64,000 nucleotides of DNA, taken from assembly GCF_006345805.1 (NCBI RefSeq), contig NW_021833827.1, positions 1 through 64,000 on the forward strand, read 5' to 3'. The translations under genes were made by a program, and so were the position numbers. A model generated the notes under the pieces. That model was not told the origin of the DNA. It saw only the letters and a list, made by a program, of their open reading frames with translations, and did not search any database. The first letter of the stretch is position 1, and each line of letters begins with the position of its first letter. Shown here one piece after another: positions 19,747 to 34,700 of this stretch. This stretch comes from Octopus sinensis (lineage: Eukaryota).

Positions 19747-22700
19747 AAGGTGGATCATAGTTTTAAAATTTTGAAGATTGAGAAAAGGGACAAATGTTGA
19801 AGATATTCTTACGAGTTTGATAAAGAGGAAACTAAAGAAGGTAGATCATAGTTTTAAAATTTTGAAGATTGAGAAGAGGAACAAATGTTGAGGATATTCG
19901 TACGAGTTTGATAAAGAGGAAACTAAAGAAGGTAGATCATAGTTTTAAAATTTTGAAGATTGAGAAAAGGAACAACTGTTACGATATTCTTACGAGTTTG
20001 ATAAAGAGGAAACTAAAGAAGGTAGATCATAGTTTTAAAATTATGAAGATTGGGAACTGGAACAAATGTTGATGATATTCTGAGTCTGATAAAGAGGAAA
20101 CTAAAGAAGGTAGATCATAGTTTTAAAATTTTGAAGAAGAGAAAAGGAACAAATGTTGACGATATTCTGAGTTTGATAAAGAGGAAACTAAAGAAGGTAG
20201 ATCATAGTTTTAAAATTTTGAAGATTAAGAAAAGGAACAAATGTTGACGATATTCTTACGAGTTTGATAAAGAGGAAACTAATGAAGGTAGATCATAGTT
20301 TTAAAATTTTGAAGATTGGGAAAAGGAACAAATGTTGAGGATATTCTTACGAGATTCATAAGGAGGAAACTAAAGAAGGTAGATCATAGTTTTAAAATTT
20401 TGAAGATTGGGAAAAGGAACAAATGTTGACGATATTCTTACGAGATTGATAAAGAGGAAACTAAAGAAGGTAGATCATAGTTTTAAAATTTTGAAGAAGA
20501 GAAAAAGAACAAATGTTGACGATATTCTGAGTTTGATAAAGAGGAAACTAAAGAAGGTAGATCATAGTTTTAAAATTTTGAAGATTAAGAAAAGGAACAA
20601 ATGTTGACGATATTCTTACGAGTTTGATAAAGAGGACACCAAAGAAGTTAGATCATAGTTTTAAAATTTTGAAGAAGGGAAAAGGGACAAATTTTGACGA
20701 TATTCTTCCGAGTTTGATAAAGAGGAAACTAAAGAAGGTAGATCATAGTTTTAAAATTTTGAAGAAGAGAAAAGGAACAAATTTTGACGATATTCTTACG
20801 AGTTTGATAAAGAGGAAACTAAAGAAGGTAGATCATAGTTTTAAAATTTTGAGGAAGAGAAAAGGAACAAATGTTGACGATATTCTTACGAGTTTGATAA
20901 AGAGGAAACTAAAGAAGGTAGATCATAGTTTTAAAATTTTCAAGATTGAGAAAAGGAACAAATGTTGACGATATTCTTACGAGATTGATAAAGAGGAAAC
21001 TAAAGAAGGTAGATCATAGATTTAAAATTTTGAAGATTGGGAAAAGGAACAAATGTTGAGGATATTCTTACGAGATTGATAAAGAGGAAACTAAAGAAGG
21101 TAGATCATAGTCTTAAAATTTTGAAGATTGAGAAAAGGAACAAATGTTGAGGATATTCTGAGTTTGATAAAGAGGAAACTAAAGAAGGTAGATCATAGTT
21201 TTAAAATTTTGAAGAAGAGAAAAGGAACAAATGTTGATATTCTTACGAGATTGATAAAGAGGAAACTAAAGAAGGTAGATCATAGTTTTAAAATTTTGAA
21301 GATTGGGAAAAGGAACAAATGTTGAGGATATTCTTACGAGATTGATAAAGAGGAAACTAAAGAAGGTAGATCATAGTTTTAAAATTTTGAAGATTGGGAA
21401 AAGGAACAAATTTTGATGATATTCTTACGAGATTGATAAAGAGGAAACTAAAGAAGGTAGATCATAGTTTTAAAATTTTGAAGATTGAGAAAAGGAACAA
21501 ATGTTGAGGATAATCTTACGAGATTGATAAAGAGGAAACTAAAGAAGGTAGATCATAGTTTTAAAATTTTGAAGATTGGGAAAAGGAACAAATGTTGAGG
21601 ATATTCTTACAAGATTGATAAAGAGAAAACTAAAGAAGGTAGATCATAGTTTTAAAATTTTGAAGAAGAGAAAGGGAACAAATGTTGATGATATTCTTAC
21701 GATATTGATAAAGAGGAAACTAAAGAAGGTAGATCATAGTTTTAAAATTTTGAAGATTAAGAAAAGGAACAAATGTTGACGATATTCTTACGAGTTTGAT
21801 AAAGAGGACACCAAAGAAGTTAGATCATAGTTTTAAAATTTTGAAGAAGGGAAAAGGGACAAATTTTGACGATATTCTTCCGAGTTTGATAAAGAGGAAC
21901 TAAAGAAGTAGATCATAGTTTTAAAATTTTGAAGAAGAGAAAAGGAACAAATTTTGACGATATTCTTACGAGTTTGATAAAGAGGAAACTAAAGAAAGTA
22001 GATCATAGTTTTAAAATTTTGAGGAAGAGAAAAGGAACAAATGTTGACGATATTCTTACGAGTTTGATAAAGAGGAAACTAAAGAAGGTAGATCATAGTT
22101 TTAAAATTTTGAAGATTGAGAAAAGGAACAAATGTTGACGATATTCTTACGAGATTGATAAAGAGGAAACTAAAGAAGGTAGATCATAGTTTTAAAATTT
22201 TGAAGATTGGGAAAAGGAACAAATGTTGAGGATATTCTTACGAGATTGATAAAGAGGAAACTAAAGAAGGTAGATCATAGTCTTAAAATTTTGAAGATTG
22301 AGAAAAGGAACAAATGTTGAGGATATTCTGAGTTTGATAAAGAGGAAACTAAAGAAGGTAGATCATAGTTTTAAAATTTTGAAGAAAAGAAAAGGAACAA
22401 ATGTTGATGATATTCTTACGAGATTGATAAAGAGGAAACTAAAGAAGGTAGATCATAGTTTTAAAATTTTGAAGATTGGGAAAAGGAACAAATGTTGAGG
22501 ATAATCTTACGAGATTGATAAAGAGGAAACTAAAGAAGGTAGATCATAGTTTTAAAATTTTGAATATTGGGAAAAGGAACAAATGTTGATGATATTCTTA
22601 CGAGATTGATAAAGAGGAAACTAAAGAAGGTAGATCATAGTTTTAAAATTTTGAAGATTGAGAAAAGTAACAAATGTTGAGGATATTCTTACGAGATTGA

Positions 22701-25700
22701 TAAAGAGGAAACTAAAGAAGGTAGATCATAGTTTTAAAATTTTGAAGATTGAGAAAAGGAAGAAATGTTGAGGATAATCTTACGAGATTGATAAAGAGGA
22801 AACTAAAGAAGGTAGATCATAGTTTTAGAATTTTGAAGATTGGGAAAACGAACAAATGTTGAGGATATTCTTACGAGATTCATAAAGAGGAAAGTAAAGA
22901 AGGTAGATCATAGTTTTAAAATTTTGAAGATTGAGAAAAGCAACAAATGTTGAGGATATTCTTACAAGATTGATAAAGAGGAAACTAAAGAAGGTAGGTC
23001 GTAGTTTTAAAATTTTGAAGATTGGGAAAACGAACAAATGTTGAGGATATTCTTACGAGATTGATAAAGAGGAAACTAAAGAAGGTAGATCATAGTTTTA
23101 AAATTTTGAAGATTGAGAAAAGGAACAAATGTTGAGGATATTCTTACGAGATTGATAAAGAGGAAACTAAAGAAGGTAGATCATAGTTTTAAAATTTTGA
23201 AGATTGAGTAAAGGAACAAATTTTGAGGATATTCTTACGAGATTGAAAAAGAGGAAACTAAAGAAGGTAGATCATAGTTTTAAAATTTTGAAGATTGGGA
23301 AAACGAACAAATGTTGAGGATATTCTTACGAGATTGATAATGAGGAAACTAAAGAAGGTAGATCATAGTTTTAAAATTTTGAAGAAGAGAAAAGGAACAA
23401 ATGTTGACGATATTCTGAGTTTAATAAAGAGGAAACTAAAGAAGGTAGATCATAGTTTTAAAATTTTGAAGAAGAGAAAAGGGTCAAATGTTGACAATAT
23501 TCTGAGTTTGATAAAGAGGAAACTAAAGAAGGTAGATCATAGTTTTAAAATTTTGAAGAAGAGAAAAGGGACAAATGTTGACGATATTCTTACGAGTTTG
23601 ATAAAGAGGAAACTAAAGAAGGTAGATCATAGTTTTAAAATTTTGAAGATTAAGAAAAGGAACAAATGTTGACGATATTCTTACGAGTTTGATAAAGAGG
23701 ACACTAAAGAAGGTAGATCATAGTTTTAAAATTTTGAAGAAGGGAAAAGGAACAAATTTTGACGATATTCTTACGAGTTTGATAAAGAGGAAACTAAAGA
23801 AGGTAGATCATAGTTTTTAAAATTTTGATGAAGAGAAAGGAACAAATTTTGACGATATTCTTACGAGTTTGATAAAGAGGAACTAAAGAAGGTAGATCAT
23901 AGTTTTAAAATTTTGAAATTGAGAAAAGGAAAAATGTTGACGATATTTTTACGAGATTGATAAAGAGGAAACTAAAGAAGGTAGATCATAGTTTTAAAAT
24001 TTTGAAGAAGAGAAAAGGAACAAATGTTGAGGATATTCTTACGAGATTGATAAAGAGGAAACTAAAGAAGGTAGATCATAGTTTTTAAATTTTGAAGATT
24101 GAGAAAAGGAACAAATGTTGAGGATATTCTGAGTTGATAAAGAGGAAACTAAAGAAGGTAGATCATAGTTTTAAAATTTTGAAGATTGAGAAAAGGAACA
24201 AATGTTGAGGATATTCTGAGTTTGATAAAGAGGAACTAAAGAAGGTAGATCATAGTTTTAAAATTTTGAAGATTGAGAAAAGGAACAAATGTTGATGATA
24301 TTCTTACGAGATTGATAAAGAGGAAACTAAAGAAGGTAGATCAAAGTTTTAAAATTTTGGAGAAGAGAAAAGGAACAAATGTTGATGATATTCTTACGAG
24401 ATTGATAAAGAGGAAACTAAAGAAGGTAGATCATAGTTTTTTTAAAATTTTGAAGATTGGGAAAAGGAACAAATGTTGACGATGTTCTTACGAGATTGGT
24501 AAAGGGAACTAAAGAAGGTAGATCATAGTTTTAAAATTTTGAAGATTGAGAAAAGGAACAAATGTTGAGGATATTCTTACGAGATTGATAAAGAGGAAAC
24601 TAAAGAAGGTAGATCATAGTTTTAAAATTTTGAAGATTGGGAAAAGGAACAAATGTTGAGGATATTCTTACGAGATTGATAAACAGAACTAAAGAAGGTA
24701 GATCATAGTTTTAAAATTTGAAGATTGGGAAAAGGAACAAATGTTGAGGATATTCTTACGAGTTGATAAAGAGGAAACTAAAGAAGGTAGATCATAGTTT
24801 TAAAATTTTGAAGAAGAGAAAAGGAACAAATGTTGAGGATATTCTTACGAGATTGATAAAGAGGAACTAAAGAAGGTAGATCATAGTTTTAAAATTCTGA
24901 AGATTGGAAAAGGAACAAATGTTGAGGATATTCTTACGAGATTGATAAAGAGAAAAGTAAAGAAGGTAGATCATAGTCTTAAAATTTTGAAGATTGAGAA
25001 AAGGAACAAACGTTGAGGATATTCTGATTTGATAAAGAGGAAACTAAAGAAAGTAGATCATAGTTTTAAAATTTTGAAGAAGAGAAAAGGAACAAATGTT
25101 GATGATATTCTTACGAGATTGATAAAGAGGAAACTAAAGAAGGTAGATCATAGTTTTAAAATTTTGAAGATTGGGAAAAGGAACAAATGTTGAGGATATT
25201 CTTACGAGATTGATAAAGAGGAAACTAAAGAAGGTAGATCATAGTTTAAAATTTTGAAGATTGGGAAAAGGAACAAATGTTGAGGATATTCTTACGAGAT
25301 TGATAAAGAGGAAACTAAAGAAGGTAGATCATAGTTTTAAAATTTTGAAGAAGAGAAAAGGAACAAATGTTGATGATATTCTTACGCTATTGATAAAGAG
25401 GAAACTAAAGAAGGTAGATCATAGTTTTAAAATTTTGAAGATTGGGAAAAGGAACAAATGTTTAGGATATTCTTACGAGATTGATAAAGAGGAAACTAAA
25501 GAAGGTAGATCATAGTTTTAAAATTTTGAAGATTGGGAAAAGGAACAAATGTTGAGGTTATTCTTACGAGATTGATAAAGAGGAAACTAAAGAAGGTAGA
25601 TCATAATTTTAAAATATTAAAGAAGAGAAAAGGAACAAATGTTGACGATATTCTTACGAGTTTGAGAAAGAGGAAACTAGAGAAGGTAGATCATAGTCTT

Positions 25701-28700
25701 AAAGTTTTGAAGAAGAGAAAAGTAACAAATTTTGAGGATATTCTAACGAGTTTGGTAAAGAGGAAACTAAAGAAGGTAGATCATAGTTTTAAAATTTTGA
25801 AGATTGGGAAAAGGAACAAATGTTGAGGATATTCTTACGAGATTGATAAAGAGGAAACTAAAGAAGGTAGATCATAGTTTTAAAATTTTGAAGATTGAGA
25901 AAAGGAACAAATGTTGAGAATATTCTGAGTTTGATAAAGAGGAAACTAAAGAAGGTAGATTATAGTTTTAGAATTTTGAAGATTGAGAAAAGGAACAAAT
26001 GTTGCTGATATTCTTACGAGATTGATAAAGAGGAAACTAAAGAAGGTAGATCATAGTTTTAAAATTTTGAAGAAGAAAAAAGGAACAAATGTTGATGATA
26101 TTCTTACGAGATTGATAAAGAGGAAACTAAAGAAGGTAGATCATAGTTTTAAAATTTTGAAGATTGAGAAAAGGAACAAATGTTGAGAATATTCTGAGTT
26201 TGATAAAGAGGAAACTAAAGAAGGTAGATTATAGTTTTAGAATTTTGAAGATTGAGAAAGGAACAAATGTTGCTGATATTCTTACGAGATTGATAAAGAG
26301 GAAACTAAAGAAGGTAGATCATAGTTTTAAAATTTTGAAGAAGAAAAAGGAACAAATGTTGATGATATTCTTACGAGATTGATAAGAGGAAACTAAAGAA
26401 GGTAGATCATAGTTTTAAAATTTTGAAGATTGAGAAAAGGAACAAATGTTGAGAATATTCTGAGTTTGATAAAGAGGAAACTAAAGAAGGTAGATTATAG
26501 TTTTAGAATTTTGAAGATTGAGAAAAGGAACAAATGTTGCTGATATTCTTACGAGATTGATAAAGAGGAAACTAAAGAAGGTAGATCATAGTTTTAAAAT
26601 TTTGAAGATTGGGAAAATGAACAAATGTTGACGATGTTCTTACGAGATTGATAAAGAGGAAACTAAAGATGGTAGATCATAGTTTTAAAATTTTGAAGAT
26701 TGAGTAAAGGAACAAATTTTGAGGATATTCTTACGATTGATTAAAAAAGAGGAAACTAAAGAAGGTAGATCATAGTTTTAAAATTTGAAGATTGGAAAAC
26801 GAACAAATGTTGAGGATATTCTTACGAGATTGATATGAGGAAACTAAAGAAGGTAGATCATAGTTTTAAAATTTTGAAGAAGAGAAAAGGAACAAATGTT
26901 GACGATATTCTGAGTTTAATAAAGAGGAAACTAAAGAAGGTAGATCATAGTTTTAAAATTTTGAAGAAGAGAAAAGGGTCAAATGTTGACAATATTCTGA
27001 GTTTGATAAAGAGGAAACTAAAGAAGGTAGATCATAGTTTTAAAATTTTGAAGAAGAGAAAAGGACAAATGTTGACGATATTCTTACGAGTTTGATAAAG
27101 AGGAAACTAAAGAAGGTAGATCATAGTTTTAAAATTTTGAAGATTAAGAAAAGGAACAAATGTTGACGATATTCTTACGAGTTTGATAAAGAGGACACTA
27201 AAGAAGGTAGATCATAGTTTTAAAATTTTGAAGAAGGGAAAAGGGACAAATGTTGAGGATATTCTTACGAGTTTGATAAAGAGGAAACTAAAGAAGGTAG
27301 ATCATAGTTTTAAAATTTTGAAGAAGAGAAAAGGAACAAATTTTGACGATATTCTTACGAGTTTGATAAAGAGGAAACTAAAGAAGGTAGATCATAGTTT
27401 TAAAATTTTGAAGATTGAGAAAAGGAACAAATGTTGACGATATTTTTACGAGATTGATAAAGAGGAAACTAAAGAAGGTAGATCATAGTTTTAAAATTTT
27501 GAAGAAGAGAAAAGGAACAAATGTTGAGGATATTCTTACGAGATTGATAAAGAGGAAACTAAAGAAGGTAGATCATAGTTTTAAAATTTTGAAGATTGAG
27601 AAAAGGAACAAATGTTGAGGATATTCTGAGTTTGATAAAGAGGAAACTAAAGAAGGTAGATCATAGTTTTAAAATTTTGAAGATTGAGAAAAGGAACAAA
27701 TGTTGAGGATATTCTGAGTTTGATAAAGAGGAAACTAAAGAAGGTAGATCATAGTTTTAAAATTTTTGAAGATTGAGAAAAGGAACAAATGTTGATGATA
27801 TTCTTACGAGATTGATAAAGAGGAAACTAAAGAAGGTAGATCAAAGTTTTAAAATTTTGGAGAAGAGAAAAGGAACAAATGTTGATGATATTCTTACGAG
27901 ATTGATAAAGAGGAAACTAAAGAAGGTAGATCATAGTTTTAAAATTTTGAAGATTGGGAAAAGGAACAAATGTTGACGATGTTCTTACGAGATTGGTAAA
28001 GAGGAAACTAAAGAAGGTAGATCATAGTTTTAAAATTTTGAAGATTGAGAAAAGGAACAAATGTTGAGGATATTCTTACGAGATTGATAAAGAGGAAACT
28101 AAAGAAGGTAGATCATAGTTTTAAAATTTTGAAGAAGAAAAAAGGAACAAATGTTGATGATATTCTTACGAGATTGATAAAGAGGAAACTAAAGAAGGTA
28201 GATCATAGTTTTAAAATTCTGAAGATTGAGAAAAGGAACAAATGTTGAGAATATTCTGAGTTTGATAAAGAGGAAACTAAAGAAGGTAGATTATAGTTTT
28301 AGAATTTTGAAGATTGAGAAAAGGAACAAATGTTGCTGATATTCTTACGAGATTGATAAAGAGGAAACTAAAGAAGGTAGATCATAGTTTTAAAATTTTG
28401 AAGAAGAAAAAAGGAACAAATGCTGATGATATTCTTACGAGATTGATAAAGAGGAAACTAAAGAAGGTAGATCATAGTTTTAAAATTTTGAAGATTGAGA
28501 AAAGGAACAAATGTTGAGAATATTCTGAGTTTGATAAAGAGGAAACTAAAGAAGGTAGATTATAGTTTTAGAATTTTGAAGATTGAGAAAAGGAACAAAT
28601 GGCTGATATTCTTACGAGATTGATAAAGAGGAAACTAAAGAAGGTAGATCATAGTTTTAAATTTTGAAGATTGGGAAAATGAACAAATGTTGACGATGTT

Positions 28701-31700
28701 CTTACGAGATTGATAAAGAGGAAACTAAAGATGGTAGATCATAGTTTTAAAATTTCGAAGATTGAGAAAAGGAACAAATGTTGAGGATATTCTTACGAGA
28801 TTGATAAAGAGGAAACTAAAGAAGGTAGATCATAGTTTTAAAATTTTGAAGATTGAGTAAAGGAACAAATTTGAGGATATATTCACGAGATTGAAAAAGA
28901 GGAAACTAAAGAAGGTAGATCATAGTTTTAAATTTTGAAGATTGGGAAACGAAAAATGTTGAGGATATTCTTACGAGATTGATAATGAGGAAACTAAAGA
29001 AGGTAGATCATAGTTTTAAAATTTTGAAGAAGAGAAAGGAACAAATGTTGACGATATTCTGAGTTTAATAAAGAGGAAACTAAAGAAGGTAGATCATAGT
29101 TTTAAAATTTTGAAGAAGAGAAAAGGGTCAAATGTTGACAATATTCTGAGTTTGATAAAGAGGAAACTAAAGAAGGTAGATCATAGTTTTAAAATTTTGA
29201 AGAAGAGAAAAGGGACAAATGTTGACGATATTCTTACGAGTTTGATAAAGAGGAAACTAAAGAAGGTAGATCATAGTTTTAAAATTTTGAAGATTAAGAA
29301 AAGGAACAAATGTTGACGATATTCTTACGAGTTTGATAAAGAGGAAACTAAAGAAGGTAGATCATAGTTTTAAAATTTTGAAGATTGAGAAAAGGAACAA
29401 ATGTTGACGATATTTTTACGAGATTGATAAAGAGGAAACTAAAGAAGGTAGATCATAGTTTTAAATTTAATTTTGAAGAAGAAAAGGAACAAATGTTGAG
29501 GATATTCTTACGAGATTGATAAAGAGGAAACTAAAGAAGGTAGATCATAGTTTTAAAATTTTGAAGATTGAGAAAAGGAACAAATGTTGAGGATATTCTG
29601 AGTTTGATAAAGAGGAAACTAAAGAAGGTAGATCATAGTTTTAAAATTTTGAAGATTGAGAAAAGGAACAAATGTTGAGGATATTCTGAGTTTGATAAAG
29701 AGGAAACTAAAGAAGGTAGATCATAGTTTTAAAATTTTTGAAGATTGAGAAAAGGAACAAATGTTGATGATATTCTTACGAGATTGATAAAGAGGAAACT
29801 AAAGAAGGTAGATCAAAGTTTTAAAATTTTGGAGAAGAGAAAAGGAACAAATGTTGATGATATTCTTACGAGATTGATAAAGAGGAAACTAAAGAAGGTA
29901 GATCATAGTTTTAAAATTTTGAAGATTGGGAAAAGGAACAAATGTTGACGATGTTCTTACGAGATTGGTAAAGAGGAAACTAAAGAAGGTAGATCATAGT
30001 TTTAAAATTTTGAAGATTGAGAAAAGGAACAAATGTTGAGGATATTCTTACGAGATTGATAAAGAGGAAACTAAAGAAGGTAGATCATAGTTTTAAAATT
30101 TTGAAGATTGGGAAAAGGAACAAATGTTGAGGATATTCTTACGAGATTGATAAACAGGAAACTAAAGAAGGTAGATCATAGTTTTAAAATTTTGAAGATT
30201 GGGAAAAGGAACAAATGTTGAGGATATTCTTACGAGATTGATAAAGAGGAAACTAAAGAAGGTAGATCATAGTTTTAAAATTTTGAAGAAGAGAAAAGGA
30301 ACAAATGTTGAGGATATTCTTACGAGATTGATAAAGAGGAAACTAAAGAAGGTAGATCATAGTTTTAAAATTCTGAAGATTGGGAAAAGGAACAAATGTT
30401 GAGGATATTCTTACGAGATTGATAAAGAGAAAAGTAAAGAAGGTAGATCATAGTCTTAAAATTTTGAAGATTGAGAAAAGGAACAAACGTTGAGGATATT
30501 CTGAGTTTGATAAAGAGGAAACTAAAGAAAGTAGATCATAGTTTTAAAGTTTTGAAGAAGAGAAAAGGAACAAATGTTGATGATATTCTTACGAGATTGA
30601 TAAAGAGGAAACTAAAGAAGGTAGATCATAGTTTTAAAATTTTGAAGATTGGGAAAAGGAACAAATGTTGAGGATATTCTTACGAGATTGATAAACAGGA
30701 AACTAAAGAAGGTAGATCATAGTTTTAAAATTTTGAAGATTGGGAAAAGGAACAAATGTTGAGGATATTCTTACGAGATTGATAAAGAGGAAACTAAAGA
30801 AGGTAGATCATAGTTTTAAAATTTTGAAGAAGAGAAAAGGAACAAATGTTGAGGATATTCTTACGAGATTGATAAAGAGGAAACTAAAGAAGGTAGATCA
30901 TAGTTTTAAAATTCTGAAGATTGGGAAAAGGAACAAATGTTGAGGATATTCTTACGAGATTGATAAAGAGAAAAGTAAAGAAGGTAGATCATAGTCTTAA
31001 AATTTTGAAGATTGAGAAAAGGAACAAACGTTGAGGATATTCTGAGTTTGATAAAGAGGAAACTAAAGAAAGTAGATCATAGTTTTAAAGTTTTGAAGAA
31101 GAGAAAAGGAACAAATGTTGATGATATTCTTACGAGATTGATAAAGAGGAAACTAAAGAAGGTAGATCATAGTTTTAAAATTTTGAAGATTGGGAAAAGG
31201 AACAAATGTTGAGGATATTCTTACGAGATTGATAAAGAGGAAACTAAAGAAGGTAGATCATAGTTTAAAATTTTGAAGATTGGGAAAAGGAACAAATGTT
31301 GAGGATATTCTTACGAGATTGATAAAGAGGAAACTAAAGAAGGTAGATCATAGTTTTAAAATTTTGAAGAAGAGAAAAGGAACAAATGTTGATGATATTC
31401 TTACGCTATTGATAAAGAGGAAACTAAAGAAGGTAGATCATAGTTTTAAAATTTTGAAGATTGGGAAAAGGAACAAATGTTGAGGTTATTCTTACGAGAT
31501 TGATAAAGAGGAAACTAAAGAAGGTAGATCATAATTTTAAAATATTAAAGAAGAGAAAAGGAACAAATGTTGACGATATTCTTACGAGTTTGAGAAAGAG
31601 GAAACTAGAGAAGGTAGATCATAGTCTTAAAGTTTTGAAGAAGAGAAAAGTAACAAATTTTGAGGATATTCTAACGAGTTTGGTAAAGAGGAAACTAAAG

Positions 31701-34700
31701 AAGGTAGATCATAGTTTTAAAATTTTGAAGATTGGGAAAAGGAACAAATGTTGAGGATATTCTTACGAGATTGATAAAGAGGAAACTAAAGAAGGTAGAT
31801 CATAGTTTTAAAATTTTGAAGATTGAAAAGGAACAAATGTTGAGAATATTCTGAGTTTGATAAAGAGGAAACTAAAGAAGGTAGATTATAGTTTTAGAAT
31901 TTTGAAGATTGAGAAAGGAACAAATGTTGCTGATATTCTTACGAGATTGATAAAGAGGAAACTAAAGAAGGTAGATCATAGTTTTAAAATTTTGAAGAAG
32001 AAAAAGGAACAAATGTTGATGATATTCTTACGAGATTGATAAAGAGGAAACTAAAGAAGGTAGATTATAGTTTTAAATTTTGAAGATTGAGAAAAGGAAC
32101 AAATGTTGAGAATTCTGAGTTTGATAAAGAGGAAACTAAAGAAGGTAGATTATAGTTTTAGAATTTTGAAGATTGAGAAAGGAACAAATGTTGCTGATAT
32201 TCTTACGAGATTGATAAAGAGGAAACTAAAGAAGGTAGATCATAGTTTTAAAATTTTGAAGAAGAAAAAGGAACAAATGTTGATGATATTCTTACGAGAT
32301 TGATAAAGAGGAAACTAAAGAAGGTAGATCATAGTTTTAAAATTTTGAAGATTGAGAAAAGGAACAAATGTTGAGAATATTCTGAGTTTGATAAAGAGGA
32401 AACTAAAGAAGGTAGATTATAGTTTTAGAATTTTGAAGATTGAGAAAAGGAACAAATGTTGCTGATATTCTTACGAGATTGATAAAGAGGAAACTAAAGA
32501 AGGTAGATCATAGTTTTAAAATTTTGAAGAAGAAAAAAGGAACAAATGTTGATGATATTCTTACGAGATTGATAAAGAGGAAACTAAAGAAGGTAGATCA
32601 TAGTTTTAAAATTTTGAAGATTGGGAAAATGAACAAATGTTGACGATGTTCTTACGAGATTGATAAAGAGGAAACTAAAGATGGTAGATCATAGTTTTAA
32701 AATTTCGAAGATTGAGAAAAGGAACAAATGTTGAGGATATTCCTACGAGATTGATAAAGAGGAAACTAAAGAAGGTAGATCATAGTTTTAAAATTTTGAA
32801 GATTGGGAAAAGGAACAAATGTTGAGGATATTCTTACGAGATTGATAAAGAGGAAACTAAAGAAGGTAGATCATAGTTTTAAAATTTTGAAGAAGAGAAA
32901 TGGAACAAATGTTGATGATATTATTATGAGATTGATAAAGAGGAAACTAAAGAAGGTAGATCATAGTTTTAAAGTTTTGAAGATTGGGAAAAGGAACAAA
33001 TGTTGACGATGTTCTACGAGATTGATAAAGAGGAAACTAAAGAAGGTAGATCATAGTTTTAAAATTTTGAAGATTGAGAAAAGGAACAAATGTTGAGGAC
33101 AATCTTACGAGATTGATAAAGAGGAAACTAAAGAAGGTAGATCATAGTTTTAAAATTTTGAAGATTGGGAAAACGAACAAATGTTGAGGATATTCTTACG
33201 AGATTGATAAAGAGGAAGCTAAAGAAGGTAGATCATAGTTTTAAAATTTTGAAGATTGGGAAAAGGAACAAATGTTGAGGATATTCTTACAAGATTGATA
33301 AAGAGGAAACTAAAGAAGGTAGATCATAGTTTTAAAATTTTGAAGATTGAGAAAAGGAACAAATTTTGAGGATATTCTTACGAGATTAAAAAGAGGAAAC
33401 TAAAGAAGGTAGATCATAGTTTTAAAATTTTGAAGATTGGGAAAAGGAACAAATGTTGAGGATATTCTTACGAGATTGATAAAGACGAAACTAAAGAAGG
33501 TAGATCATAGTTTAAAATTTTGAAGATTGGGAAAAGGAACAAATGTTGAGGATATTCTTACGAGATTGATAAAGAGGAAACTAAAGAAGGTAGATCATAG
33601 TTTTAAAATTTTGAAGAAGAGAAAAGGAACAAATGTTGATGATATTCTTACGATATTGATAAAGAGGAAACTAAAGAAGGTAGATCATAGTTTTAAAATT
33701 TTGAAGATTGGGAAAAGGAACAAATGTTTAGGATATTCTTACGAGATTGATAAAGAGGAAACTAAAGAAGGTAGATCATAGTTTTAAAATTTTGAAGATT
33801 GGGAAAAGGAACAAATGTTGACGATGTTCTTACGAGATTGATAAAGAGGAAACTAAAGAAGGTAGGTCATAGTTTTAAAATTTTGAAGATTGGGAAAAGG
33901 AACAAATGTTGACGATATTCTTACGAGTTTGAGAAAGAGGAAACTAGAGAAGGTAGATCATAGTCTTAAAATTTTGAAGAAGAGAAAAGTAACAAATTTT
34001 GAGGATATTCTTATGAGTTTGGTAAAGAGGAAACTAAAGAAGGTAGATCATAGTTTTAAAATTTTGAAGATTCAGAAAAAAAACAAATGTTGAGGATATT
34101 CTGAGTTTGTTGAAGAGGAAACTAAAGAAGGTAGATCATAGTTTTAAAATTTTGAAGATTGGGAAAAGGAACAAATGTTGAGGATATTCTTACGAGATTG
34201 ATAAAGAGGAAACTAAAGAAGGTAGATCATAGTTTTAAATTTTGAAGATTGAGAAAAGGAACAAATGTTGAGAATATTCTGAGTTGATAAAGAGGAAACT
34301 AAAGAAGGTAGATTATAGTTTTAGAATTTTGAAGATTGAGAAAAGGAAACATGTTGCTGATATTCTTACGAGATTGATAAAGAGGAAACTAAAGAAGGTA
34401 GATCATAGTTTTAAAATTTTGAAGAAGAAAAAGGAACAAATGTTGATGATATTCTTACGAGATTGATAAAGAGGAAACTAAAGAAGGTAGATCATAGTTT
34501 TAAAATTCTGAAGATTGGGAAAAGGAACAAATGTTGACGATGTTCTTACGAGATTGATAAAGAGGAAACTAAAGATGGTAGACCATAGTTTTAAAATTTT
34601 GAAGATTGAGAAAAGGAACAAATGTTGAGGATATTCTTACGAGATTGATAAAGAGGAAACTAAAGAAGGTAGATCATAGTTTTATAATTTTGAAGATTGG